DNA of 64,000 nt from contig NEEC01000012.1 in the NCBI GenBank assembly GCA_002189035.1, forward strand, positions 1,116,001 through 1,180,000, written 5' to 3'. The notes beneath the pieces are model-generated. The model ran no database searches. It was not told the origin of the DNA and was given only the letters and a program-made list of their open reading frames with translations. This document shows positions 1 through 11,912 of this stretch, one piece after another. The stretch is from Utricularia gibba (Eukaryota; Plantae; Magnoliophyta). The translations under genes were made by a program, and so were the position numbers. The first letter of the stretch is position 1. Each line of letters opens with the position of its first letter.

Positions 1-650
1 TAAAACGAAATACAATAAAGAAAAGTAATAAGTTCTAGGGTTCGGTTGTTTCTAGAATGGAATGGGTGATGCCTTGGGACTCCTAGGGGATGTATGCTCA
101 TCACTAAACAAACTCACACAATCCACAAATCATACAACTAACTCACAAGATCTAGGTCTACCCGAATTCTTGTTTTTCCCCCTAATCTTTGGTCTACCTC
201 TGATTAGGGTTGTTAAGTTGGGTTTCACTACTTCCCCCTCCTAGATCTATCCTGGTTTGTTAAGGAAGTGGCGTGACTCATGGGTGTTTAGATCTAAAGG
301 TTGAATAACATGTTTCTTCTCTTTTTACCCCAAAGCACCCCCCTAAGTACTTAACCACTCATGTTTAAGGTAAACGAAAGTGGAAAAGAAAACATCACAC
401 ACAGTGTGCTCATTTCATAGTTAAAGAAAAGCAAGTAATGTGAAGTGTCAACAAAAACTGAAAAACGTCACTAGCTACTCTTAGCTAGGATTAATATTCT
501 TAGAAGACAGAAATTAATCTTAAACTTCAGCTTCGTTCCTCTTTGTCTTCCTTCTTCTTCCTCCCCAGAAACCTTCTCTCCAGAAAATGTGTTCGTGAGT
601 CTCCAAGGGGAGATCTGTCTTCTCTCTCATCTTCCCTCCTTTTTTGTCCA
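1..650 (-). mobile_element. Athila-type Ty3/gypsy LTR fragment (family A2), runs off the window start
   Basis: Reverse complement of ~37960-38610; the spurious ORF MGDALGLLGDVCSSLNKLTQ at 62 recurs on the minus strand at 38297-38635. That copy ends in the Athila-like LTR terminus ...TTTATCA at 38805. Confidence 0.75.
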
Positions 651-1125
651 AAATCTCCCTTTTTCACCTCCTTGGACTTTGTGTGTACTCTTTTTCAGAC
701 TACTATCACCTTCTCTACCACCAAACTGTTCATATTCGGCTCCTTGGGATTTGTGTTGTGACCTATGCTGCATTGCTTGAAGGGAACTGTTAGAAGGTTG
801 GGACTAAATCGCACAACTAAGACTAAAAGTGCAGTTGTACGGTACTTATGTGCAAAAATATAGAAACAGGCAATTAAGCTAAATCTTTGTAGCACAAAAT
901 GAGTGAATTCCATGCATTGAGCCACTCAAAAACATCTGTTATCATCAGTGCTAATAGCAAAACCCCTAGCACCAACACATTCTGGAATATCACCAACGAT
1001 CTCTTCATCATCTTCCTTTTCCCACAATTGATATTCTTCAGAAATATTGAATCGAAGTCTCAACTTTTTTGATGTGTTCACCTCTGCATAAAGAACAATG
1101 AAAATGAATACTTTCTAATCCATAA

Positions 1126-1300
1126 ACTGCAATGAAAGCATTTTAGGGACTAAAATTTCATAATAAAATAAAATTCGCATAATTTCATAGCCACACACTG
1201 CAATGAAAGTATCAAAGTAACTAAAATTTCACAATAAAATAAACTTCATATAATTTCATAGCCACACATCGCAATGAAAGCATTACAGTGACCATAATTT
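1126..1300. repeat. Degenerate tandem repeat, ~71-bp unit, ~2.5 copies
   Basis: The motif (a)ctgcaatgaaag...ataatttcatagccacac recurs at ~1126, ~1198 and ~1268. Confidence 0.7.
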
Positions 1301-1693
1301 CAAAATGAAAAAGAATGGCGATACTTTCAGAGCGACACATTATAGTCAACACATTAGGATGACTATAATTTCAAAAACAAAGAAAGCAATCCATTCTTTT
1401 CAGATTCATGCACAACATTGATCAATACATTGATAAAAATTTTCAGATAAAACAAATGTTGAATGATTTCAGATCCTCTTGAAATAGAGTACACAATGCT
1501 ATGACCTGAAGCTATAAAAAAAAGTAAACAAAAATTGCACATAAAGCATACCTGTTATACATGAAAAAACCTTTGAAATTTGCAGATAAATGGTGGTGTA
1601 AGAAAGAAGAGTAGAATTAGAATAGTGTAAATGAATTTTTAAAATAATAATTTTTTTTGTAAAATATTATTTAATAAATTCAGGAAAATATCT

Positions 1694-1728
1694 AGGGTTT
1701 AGGGTAAACCTCATTTACCCTAAACCCT
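1694..1728. repeat. Perfect 15-bp inverted repeat built from plant telomere-type units
   Basis: agggtttagggtaaa (1694-1708), loop cctca, then tttaccctaaaccct (1714-1728). Confidence 0.85.
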
Positions 1729-2284
1729 TAACGCTATAAATCCATTTGATTAATGCTTTAAAGATGAGATTAAAAACTATGATCATATATTGAACATACT
1801 TATGAATTACATATGATTTCCAACTTATTACAATTTTTTTACATACATGATTGATATTCAAAAGAATGTGAAATGAATGTGTATGTAGTGTTTTAGATAT
1901 AGTAATAAGAATGTATTCCATTGTGAAGAATTATTCGAATTTTATTTTTTTTACTCGAAAAACAGTAAAAGTATATACATACTCTCTATTGTATCATACA
2001 CGTACACTTAATCACACATTTTTAAGTTGTTAAACATACTAAATATTTATTAATTTGTGTAATTTTTATTATATCTTTGGATGCTCACTGGTTTCTCCAT
2101 TGCGGTGTGCCGCCTATCTTCCATTATCAGCCGACAACACCGATAGCTACATATTCCAAGACCAATAAATCGACTGACATGTGTCTCCATATTTGGGACT
2201 CACATGATCCAATTATTCAAATTCAATGGCCTTTTTAAAATCATACTTTCATCTCTCTCCTGAAGCTCATCTTTTTACAAGCTC

Positions 2285-4270
2285 ATGCTCACATATCTCT
2301 TTATTTTGATGACTTTTAGATCTGTCTCATACAAGGTCTTCTTTGGAGGTCAAATTTATGATTACGGGAATTATGTAAGTTATATTGTGGCACCAATCCA
2401 GTTTTTTCAGTCTGATGCCGATATTTCATTGGAAGAATTAAAAGCAATGTTATATGAGATTGTTCAATTGTCTTCTTCGAGGTTCAATCTTAGGTTATCG
2501 GCCTAGTTTTTTAATGTTGTGACTAGAGAAACGAGGTACTTGAATTTAGAGACATAGAGCAACCTGGATTATCTTCACGAACCCAACCAACCATGTTATC
2601 GCTCTGGTGGATTTATTTGTGGAATACGACCCATTTTTTTCAGAAGAACCTCACTCGCAAATTGGAGACAATGGTAATGAAGATAAGTTTGAGAATTTTA
2701 AGAAGAAAGGTGATCTGTTTGAAGATAAAGAATATTTTCGAAGACAAGTTGGAGAATTTTCTATTAAAATTGAAAAGCAGTTCACTGATGGTGACACTGA
2801 GCCTATAGTCTTGGAGATGTATCGCAAACAACGTGACATTCGAAATTGTCACTGGAGGATTTGTGTAGCACATATTGGGAAAATGGAAGATCTCAAAGCT
2901 TATTGAGCCTCACACATGCAAGCGGCATGGGATGGGATTCTTTTATCACAGAAATATCAATCATGATTATATCTTTGAGATTGCCAAGCCGTATATTGAA
3001 GCAGACATTGGGATCAAAGTGTCAACTATTATTGTAGTTGTGTTGGATAGAACTGGTTATGAAGTACCGTACAAACGTGCATGGTATGGAATCAGTGAAG
3101 AAACTCTCAACTTTCTTAAATGAAGTTGCCTTACAAAATCCAAGCACCATAATCCAATGGAGGAATAAGAAAGATGGACTTACATTGCACTATTACTTTT
3201 GGGCGTTTTGACCATGTATACTTGCCTACCAGCACACTCGCCCAGTTATTTTAGTCGATGCAATACACTTGTATGCGGCATATAGGCACAAAATGCTAAT
3301 TACGGTGACCGTCTCTCAATGTGGAAAGATTTTGCCACTTGCCTTTGCCATAGTAGATGAAGAAACGGATGCTTCTTGGCTATGGTTTCTAGAGCTAGTG
3401 GGAACTTAGCTCTATTCGAAAGGTAGCAATCAGAGTTACAGCATTCAGTAAGAATTTGGAGGATGTCATCACAATTGCTTTCACCATTTTCGAGCAAATA
3501 TCTTCGACAGATTCAAATATGAGCCGGTTCGAACATTATTCCTTAAAGCATCATTCACCAAGTACGTGGAGAAATTCTATGATTATATGGAAGAGCCCAA
3601 AATGATAAATATCGTAACTTGGAACTACTTAATGAATATTCCTCCCGAGGCTTGGACAATATCTCACGATCGTGGCCGAAGATATGGAACAATGACTACC
3701 ATCCAAGTTGAAGGAATGAACGGTGTGTTTTGAAAGGAGCGCGACATCTCCCACTTACGGCATTAGCTCAGATATGATTAATTTGTGTTTTATATTTCAG
3801 AAAGTTTGGAGTTGGCACTAGAGGCACAAAGGAAGAATCAAGTCATTTTTACACAAGCGCAACAATTATTTTATCATTGGGACAAGCCTAATCCTTATTC
3901 AAGAGTAGAGATTTATGATCACTATGAAATGATAGTTCATGTAATCACCCGAAGAAAAGCAAATGGGAAAGATAATGTTTGTGTGGTGCGCATCAAGGAG
4001 GGCAAATGCATGTGCTACAAATAGAAAAATTATGGAATACCATGCTCATATGCACAATAGGTTAGACTATGATTTAATATTCATTTATTCAATATCAAAG
4101 TCATGTTTATTTCAAGCGTGCAAGAGACTTGGAGTTGATTCAAGACAATATGTGGATCCCATGTATTTTCAACAACATTTGTTGAAAACATACAAGGTCC
4201 AATTCCATCCACTTCGAGTAGAGAGACATTGGCCAGCAACAATGCCTCAAATTCAAATGCTACACATAAA
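2285..4270 (+). pseudogene. MuDR/MULE transposase pseudogene (copy 1)
   Basis: Fragments include CHWRICVA..KISKLIEPHTC, RPVILVDAIHLYAAYRHKMLITV...ILPLAFAIVDEETDASWLWFLE (MULE domain, ~3240-3395), SWIM-like KGKCMCYK and YVDPMY...TYKVQFHP. Multiple stops and frameshifts. Confidence 0.85.
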
Positions 4271-4642
4271 AAGGTGATTAGACATGGTCGTGCATGTAGT
4301 TCACGATATAGGATGAATATTAACCGGGGAAGGAGCGCAAGAAGGAGAAGTGGACATAGTGGGAGACCAACATTTTCACAAGATACAGCTTCACTTGCAC
4401 ATAGTCCACCTCAAAGTCATCGGGTATCTATTGATGTACCATATCACTGTGATTTCGAAGGTGTTTCTCAACAAGCATGGTCATCTCTTCAACAACGACC
4501 TCAAGGTATGAACACAAGGTTTGATCTTCTTAGATTGTCTACTCAACAGCCTAGGAAGCAGAAGTCACTTGTGCATAAATTTTTTGAATCGTTTACGAAA
4601 TTAGGATAAATATTATCAATATGTCAAATACTATTTGACTCA

Positions 4643-4925
4643 TAACTATAATTGATGAATTACAATGATCGGCAAAAATATGCAATTATCGTTTTCTTTA
4701 TATTACTTTTATTTTTGATAATTGTAATTCACGATTACAGTGATTGTAAAAAATAGATTATTATCGTATTGCTTATATTACTTTCATTTTAGGTAACTAT
4801 AATTGATTAATTACAATGATCGGTAGAAATATGCAATTATCGTTTTCTTTATATTACTTTTATTTCTGATAATTGTAATTCATGATTACAGTGATTGTAA
4901 AAAATAGAAACATATCGTATATAGT
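4643..4925. repeat. 151-bp tandem duplication
   Basis: taactataattgat..ttacaatgatcgg..tatgcaattatcgttttctttatattactttt starts at both 4643 and 4794. Confidence 0.8.
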
Positions 4926-5599
4926 AAAACATGAATTCTATTATCATATTGTAAAAAAAAATCGAAACATTATAGATATATATGTATTATAATGATACAT
5001 GCAAGATATATCTTTGTATTTTTTAAAAAAATTCGAATATTTTGTGGAATATTATAAATATAAATATTTTATTTTTTTATTATTTTAAAATTCTTGTACA
5101 TTTCAAGTAACTGTAATAGATTATTACGGTTATAGAAAATCTCAGACAACATAATTTATATTGTAGACATCAATTTCAATATAAATTAATATATATAAAA
5201 TTTGTTTACACTAAACAAAATATAAGTATAATATATAGGAAAACATGATTTCTATTAGTGTATGTTAAAAAATAATGATACATATATAATATATACATAT
5301 AATATATATGCATTATATTTGTAATTTTAAAAAATGCAAATATCTTTAGGAATATTAGAAATATAAATATGTGTATTTTTTTAATTTTAAAATTATACCA
5401 TTATAATTATGATTAGCTTTTTTAAAAATATTTTATTTATTTAGTAGTTTGAGTGATATAAACAGTTTTTTTAAAAAAATTGAAATATTTATATCAGAAA
5501 TTATATTATTTAAATGTTATATATTTATTTTGTTTTAATATATACGATATCTAAGAATAAAAGTAATTAAAAAAAGAAGGAAAAAGTTAGAATGGATGT

Positions 5600-5680
5600 T
5601 TTCATACACATACTACACAATATGGGTGGTTTTGGAATTGGATTTTTTTTACAGTGGGTGATTTTTAAAGATGACTAGGT
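5600..5680 (-). repeat. Probable right TIR of MULE copy 1
   Basis: Its reverse complement (tagtcatctttaaaaatcacccactgtaaa) resembles the left TIR start of MULE copy 2 (gggtcaatttgaaaactacccattgtaaa). Confidence 0.45.
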
Positions 5681-6434
5681 GATCTATCGAAAATACTATA
5701 AGCAAATTCAGATCAATCCTTTCAAGCGTATTGGGTCAATTTGAAAACTACCCATTGTAAACAAGTATCTTTAGAAAACAATCTACCATGTAAACTGTAT
5801 ATATTTAAATTTAGAAAATTACTCATCTTATTGTTTATTTGTATATACGTATTATAAATGCAATAATTTTTATTTTATTAATATAAAACATCTAATTTCA
5901 AAACAAATGGAATCTACATATTTTTTATTATAATATTATTTGAAAATATTTTTATTTTCTGAAACACGTATCTATAATATGAAAATTATTAACTAAAAAA
6001 ATATTCATTATGAAAAAAGAATTGGTTATTATTACACAAAAATAATAATATATTATTTATTTAAAATATAAGTTTCAAAAACTTTTCATTAAATTGTTAG
6101 GACAATCTAAATTTTTTTTAAAATAAATATTATAAAAGTTTTGAAAAACAATTATTCTGGTTTTTAAGAATCACAAATCTCTAATTCTTCAAAACAATTC
6201 TAAAAATTTAAAAGTATTAATTTTCATTTTTCAAAAATTTTATTATTAAACACTTTATTATTAAAGTTTCAAAATTACATATTTCTAAATATTTCTAAAT
6301 TAAAAATGTCTATAATAAAATGAACAATTGCCTACATACAAATATAGAAACGAAAGGTTGTAGTATAGTCATTGTAATTAATCGATTGCAATGACTATGT
6401 AAATAATATTTTTAAATGGATAAGTCATTGTAAT

Positions 6435-6610
6435 TAGAGATGTTCATGAGTCGGTTCTGGGTCGATTTTAAGCTAACCAAGAACCAACCCAACTAGAAAG
6501 ACAAAGACCTGGAACTGACCCTGACGCGATTAAGAACCGATAGACCCAAAACCACGGTTCTTTATTGGTTCTGGGTCGGTTTTGGGTCCTTGCTAGTTCC
6601 GGCTTTAACT
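6435..6610. mobile_element. hAT-type MITE fragment
   Basis: Begins tagagatgttcatgagtcggtt, followed by repeated ggttc/gaacc subterminal motifs. Second terminus not identified. Confidence 0.4.
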
Positions 6611-6739
6611 AAAAACATTGAATTTGAAAGCTTTTAAATAATATAAGAATAATGCATTAAAAGGCGTAGAAAGTTGACAAACACTAGAAAAAATGTCCAT
6701 ATAAATTAAAAGGCCTACGTTAATTTTTGATACAACAAA

Positions 6740-6920
6740 AGGGCTATTTCACACATTTGAACACACATTTTTGTAAAAATCACATTGAAAACAAATGTTT
6801 TCTAGTATTTAATTGATTTGATGCAAATGTTTTCGTAAATTTAATTTTGAAACAAATGTTTATCAAAACACATTGTTTTCAACCCAAACGTTTACCAAAA
6901 AATCTTATTAAACACCCCCT
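6740..6920. mobile_element. Possible Tourist-like MITE
   Basis: Starts gggctatttc and ends aaacaccccct (imperfect inverted ends), with repeated aaacaaatgttt inside. Confidence 0.3.
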
Positions 6921-7189
6921 TCTCAGACACACTCACGATACATGTGGGTGCTTGGAAAATGGTTTCAGGCGCTCTAACGACACACTCTCTTAAATTGTCT
7001 CAAATACTCCTTCCGAGACACTCATATAAGAAAAGTAGGTGCCTCAAAATGATATTACCCACTTTTTCCAGACACCCACACAATGCATTGTTTTGTAGAT
7101 GCCGTCCAACTCTATTTCCATACACCCTCTTGAGACACCCACATGAGCCGAGTGGGTGCTTGGAAAACTTTCTTAAATACTTCTTCTCG

Positions 7190-7370
7190 TACAAAAATAA
7201 ATTGTAAGATTGGTAAGCGTAATCCGCAACGAAAATGTTCAGTAGAAATAGCTATACCTTTAGTACCGACCCGTTCCGATAATGGATCGGTAATCTTCTC
7301 ATCACTCATTTTGTCAAACTTTGATATTCATCCGGAACACGAAACCGCACCTTGAGCTTGAGGGAAGTAT
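7190..7370 (-). pseudogene. Fragment of a Tat/gypsy accessory ORF (Transposase_28-like)
   Basis: The minus strand reads FRVPDEYQ...EKITDP...IAISTEHFRCGLRLPILQF, resembling the GLRLP motif of these ORFs. Confidence 0.4.
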
Positions 7371-8307
7371 TCATTCTAGGGGCCATAAGAGAAACAAAGA
7401 AATGCTCAAAATGACTTAAAGATCACCGTAATGCTCTCATATATAGAGGTAAAAACATGGAAAAGCTAGTTTTCAAAAAAAAATATATCATTACAAATCA
7501 AATCTAAGATAATAAAGTATCATTTTCAAAAGAAAATATTATAGTATGTGTTATTAAATGTAAAAAAAAGTCAAAAACATCTAAATTTTTGAAAGTTTTT
7601 TTTAATGAGTACTACCTAAATATAATTTATCATGTTTTCAATCATTGCATGCTTTTAATTTAGTTTTTGTACTTTGTAATTAATTTTTTCACATAACTAT
7701 ATTTAATTCACACACTAAGACTCACTGTAATTGTATTCTCAAATCATAATCTTGTCGTTTTGTATGATGCATTATTGACGCAAGATGGAGTACAACTATA
7801 CTCCACATATTAAAAGAATCCATATAATATTTTGTTATTTTAATAAATTATTCAATTCAAATGTATTTTTTTATATATTATTAAATATATAATAAAAATT
7901 ACTTAAATTGAAGTGCATACTTCTAAATATTGCGGATATTCAAAAAATCAATTGGTTTAAAAGTTTTTTTTTAATAAATGTCACGTCAATATACTATGTT
8001 TGCAATTAATTTAGCTTTTGCACCTTCTAAATAATTTTTCACAGAATTACATTTAATTAAAACAATAAGACTTACTATAATTGCATTACCAAATTACAAT
8101 CTTGTCATTTTCTCTGATGAATAATTGACATAATGTGGAGTACAGCTATGTCTACCATATTTAAAGACTCAATATAATATTTTGTTAATTTATTAATATT
8201 ATATTGTTGTGGTATCCTTAAATCAATTATGACACAATGGATGTGTCTACAATTCAATGTTCTTCTTCTCCACAAAAAAATTTGCAAGCTTTTGCTTTTC
8301 CAACATC

Positions 8308-9644
8308 ATGGCTTCTGAGTTTGTTACATATAAAGTATTTTTTGAAGGCAATATACTCAACTATGGAAGTTATATTTCTTATGACAAACCACCAATACAA
8401 ATCATACAATTTCACATTGATGCTACACTGGATGATCTACAATCCGAGCTATATGAGGTAATTCAAGTTTCAACCTCTCTATATGATATGCGGCTCTTAG
8501 TGCAGTATTATGACTCTGAAAGCAGCGAAATGCACTATATGCAACTATCACCACAAATGGATTTACTCTTGTTGCACAACCCTAGTCATACCACTATTCC
8601 GGTGGATTTATTTATCATACTTGATAGTTATTCATTCACTACAAGCTCTAGTGGAGTTTATATTACAGGACATTCATCTCAACTGTTTGGTTATTATCAA
8701 ATACCAGATCTGAATGGGGTGGTTATGTGGAATATGACTTCGGTTCAGCCCCAAATATTGATGGTGATTCAATGATAAATTACAATAATGATTATGAAGT
8801 TCCTGGTGCAGATATTTCCCCTAAAGGAGATCATGATAACTTAGATTTTGAGACAGAAGATGAAAATCAAGAAGAAGATTTAGGAGATACAGAATGGGTA
8901 CCAATGGCTGCTTTGGCAGAAGGGGGAGATCCCTTAGATGAACCACTTTCACCTGCCTACGTTGATATTTTCTCGGAGGGACAATGGTTTTCTACAAAAA
9001 AAGATTTTCATAAAGCAGTCCAAGACTTTTCAATATAATTTGGAATAGAGTACACGGTCGCTAATAATGAACCGGGGGGCTTGGTATGATATGTAAACAT
9101 CACAAAGAAACCAATTGCAATTGGAGAATTCGTGCCGCTTATCATAAAAGGATTGGAGAATGGAAAATTACTAAGCACACTAACCCTAATACGTGTAGAT
9201 GGCTCGGAGTTGGTTTTTTCGGACACAAAAATGTTAATTCAGCATACATTGCAAAGATAGCGAAACCATTTGTGGAAGCAGATACAGGTAAAAAGGTGGT
9301 GATAGTAATTATTGCTGTTGAAACTACTACTGGTTACAAAATCCCGTATCATCGTGCATGGTATGAGCTATATAAGGCTTTCAAGCTCATTTATGGTACT
9401 TGGGAGGTATCTGTGCAAAAACTTCCGAGTTTTTTGAATGAGGTGGCTATTCAAAATCCTAGAACAGTGATTGATTGGAAACACAAAGATGATGGTGTTA
9501 CTATGCACTATGTTTTGGTCATTTGGTCCATGTATCCGTGCATATCAACATTCAAGACCAGTTATATCAGTTGATGCAACTCATCTATACAATACTTATA
9601 GACACATGCTGCTAATCGCAGTAACTCTATCACCTGAAGCATGA
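8308..9644 (+). pseudogene. MuDR/MULE transposase pseudogene (copy 2), 3'-truncated
   Basis: N-terminus YKVFFEGNILNYGSYISY parallels copy 1 (YKVFFGGQIYDYGNYVSY). Also CNWRIRAA..WKITKHTNPNTC and RPVISVDATHLYNTYRHMLLIAV, ending at TGA 9642-9644. Frameshifted. Confidence 0.85.
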
Positions 9645-9676
9645 TCCAACACGTACGAGAGCTATTAGTAGAGGCC

Positions 9677-9760
9677 GGTACCGTAGTAAACAATTTCAAA
9701 TGTCGATGGATAGGGGTCGGTACCATAGTAAACGATTTCAAATGTCGATGGATAGGGGTC
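9677..9760. repeat. 42-bp tandem duplication
   Basis: ggtacc(g/a)tagtaaac(a/g)atttcaaatgtcgatggataggggtc at 9677 and 9719. Confidence 0.9.
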
Positions 9761-11282
9761 GCGGGTACGAGGTTCAAGGCAAATCAACGAGACATTCCGA
9801 TCAACCTGATGCTGAATCCCCCCAACTATGCATAGAGTTTCAATGGATGAGGACCATGGATGAGGCAAGTTTACAAGAGATACCATAGCAACCCAATTTG
9901 AATCACCCTCATCTATGCCACCACGAATGCATAGAACATCCGTCGACATTCAAAGAGAGGAACTATATGATCATTTCCATCATCCGCCGCATGCCTCTGT
10001 TTAAGAACTATATGATAATTTTTTTTCAAAAATTTTTAAAATATTTATTTAAAAAAAATTAGATTGTTCTAACAATTTAATAAAACGTTTTTCAAACTTA
10101 TATTTTAAATAAGTAATATATTATTATTTTTATGTAATAATAAATAATTCTTTTTTTATAATGAATATTTTTTAGTTAATAATTTTGATATTATGGATAC
10201 AGTTTTCATAAAACAAAAATATTTTATATAAATATTATAATAAAAAGTATGTAGATTCCATTTTTCTAAAATGAATATTGCATATTAACAAAATACAAAT
10301 TATTATATTTATAATATGTATATATATTAAATAATAAGATGGATAGTTTTCTAAATTTGAATACACATAATTATTCACATGATGGATAGCTTTCTAAAAA
10401 GATTTTTTTACAGTGTATAATTTTCAAAATGACTCCAAGCATATAAGGTAACTGATTTTCTCAGAAATATGTCAGTGGATGGTGTTCAATAGGAGCCAAG
10501 TTTAGAAGAAATTTATTTTGCATTCATTGAAATCTTTGGAATTCCCTTACTTTCACCTAGTAAAACCTCTTTCTTCGATGAGTTCCTCTATATTCATGGT
10601 TTCGCGTGACAACGATTATCGCATACAAATCCTCGTCTGCTTTTCTTGTTTTCCAAATAAATCAACAAATTAGTCTCAATCTAATTTTAAACCACAACAC
10701 GATCAAAGAAGATGCCTCAACATATAGGCCCTTTCTAGGCCCTATCAACATTTTATACTTGTTCACCACCTAAGATGTTGGGACATATTTCTTAGTGAAA
10801 AAATACCCCACAAAGTAGTGAACCTGGGAGTTACATGTTCACCTCTAAGATAAAAACCAGTTGAAATATTTGGAAAGGACGATGGAAAGACTCCCAAACG
10901 GTATTGAAAGAAGAACAAGTGAAGAGAGTCTGTAAGAACACTTCCAGAAAGTTGAAATGACTAGGGATGGTATACTTAAAGCCACTTCCCCTTTTATTTA
11001 ACATGTCAAATTGATGAGAATTGTGTGATGAAACGGCACTAAGGAATTCAGAATGACACTGGAAAAATTCACTACAAATCCAGAATATCCATCATAGATA
11101 CCAAGAATGCATTCATTGCATTATTTACTTTTTACCTCATCCCAAGGGGCAAAAGGAATTTTCCGTCACACCGGCCTCAACTATCCTTGTCAGGACTTTC
11201 CAAAGTTAGATACTCTTCCTATCTAACCTGAAAGTCTTTCAAGGGTGGAGTGAGTGTAATGGAGAAATGTTGTAAAGATGAT

Positions 11283-11912
11283 TGTATTAGAACATACAAT
11301 CCCACATTGAGATTTGAAAATAAAATAGTCAAATATATAAAAGATTATGGATTATTAATAATTGATTGGGTCTAATCTTTTCGAATGTGATTCTTGTTTT
11401 CTATGTACTTATATTTCACGTTTACTTGACTGACTATTAGATCCTGAATTTTAACATGTTTTCTGTCTGAGATTTGGTTAATTAAAAAAAAAGAACAAGA
11501 AGATGCATCGGGCTTAGATGATAAAAAATAAGAATGATGTACGACCTGTGCACTAATCACAAAAAAAAAAAAACAAATGTTAACCAGATCGAATACTAGA
11601 TCAACTTGAGGGGAGAGGAGGATGTTAGAATACACAATACCACATTAGGAAACGGAATTGTAATGATTAAGTATATAAGAAATTGCATATCACTATTAAT
11701 CAGTTAGGTCTGATTTTTTTTTATTGTGATCTATATTTCTTGTGTATTTTAACATCACGTGTGCGCTCGCCAATCCATCGAATACTGAATTTCAATATGG
11801 TCAGAGCATTTGCCTCATGGCACAGCTTGAGTGGCCAAGAAGGGTTTCATATTGGTCTGAGATTCAAGTTAAAAGAATAAGTTTTAATCAGATTAAGAAC
11901 TAGTTCAACTTG
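11283..11912 (+). mobile_element. Degenerate tandem TRIM (LTR-internal-LTR-internal)
   Basis: Two homologous ~175-bp LTRs (11283-11456 and 11623-11796; tgttag..ccacatt..tatataa..ctgaattt(t/c)aa(c/t)a). PPT cttgaggggagaggagga precedes LTR2 and PBS-like tggtcagagc follows it. Both internal parts end aa(c/t)cagat...actag(a/t)tcaacttga. Confidence 0.65.

Larger units (their letters stand above)
5733..10436 (+). mobile_element. MULE (Mutator-like) element copy 2 with ~430-bp TIRs
   Basis: ~5733-6160 is an inverted match to ~10013-10436 (e.g. aaaaataataatatattatttatttaaaatataagtttcaaaaac). Flanks aagcgtatt (5724-5732) and aagcatata (10437-10445) are a 7/9 match, consistent with a 9-bp TSD. Encloses a transposase relic. 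Confidence 0.85.

Noticed and set aside
62-244. ORF MGDALGLLGDVCSS.. repeated at 38297-38635
   Set aside because: It is antisense reading of LTR sequence, not a gene.
7731-8200. Degenerate ~350-bp-period duplication upstream of MULE transposase 2
   Set aside because: Real but old internal TE duplication with no evident functional signal.
9677-9760. Short direct repeats as a CRISPR-like array (also 1126-1300 and 44309-44429)
   Set aside because: Contiguous tandem units without unique spacers, in eukaryotic context with no cas genes.
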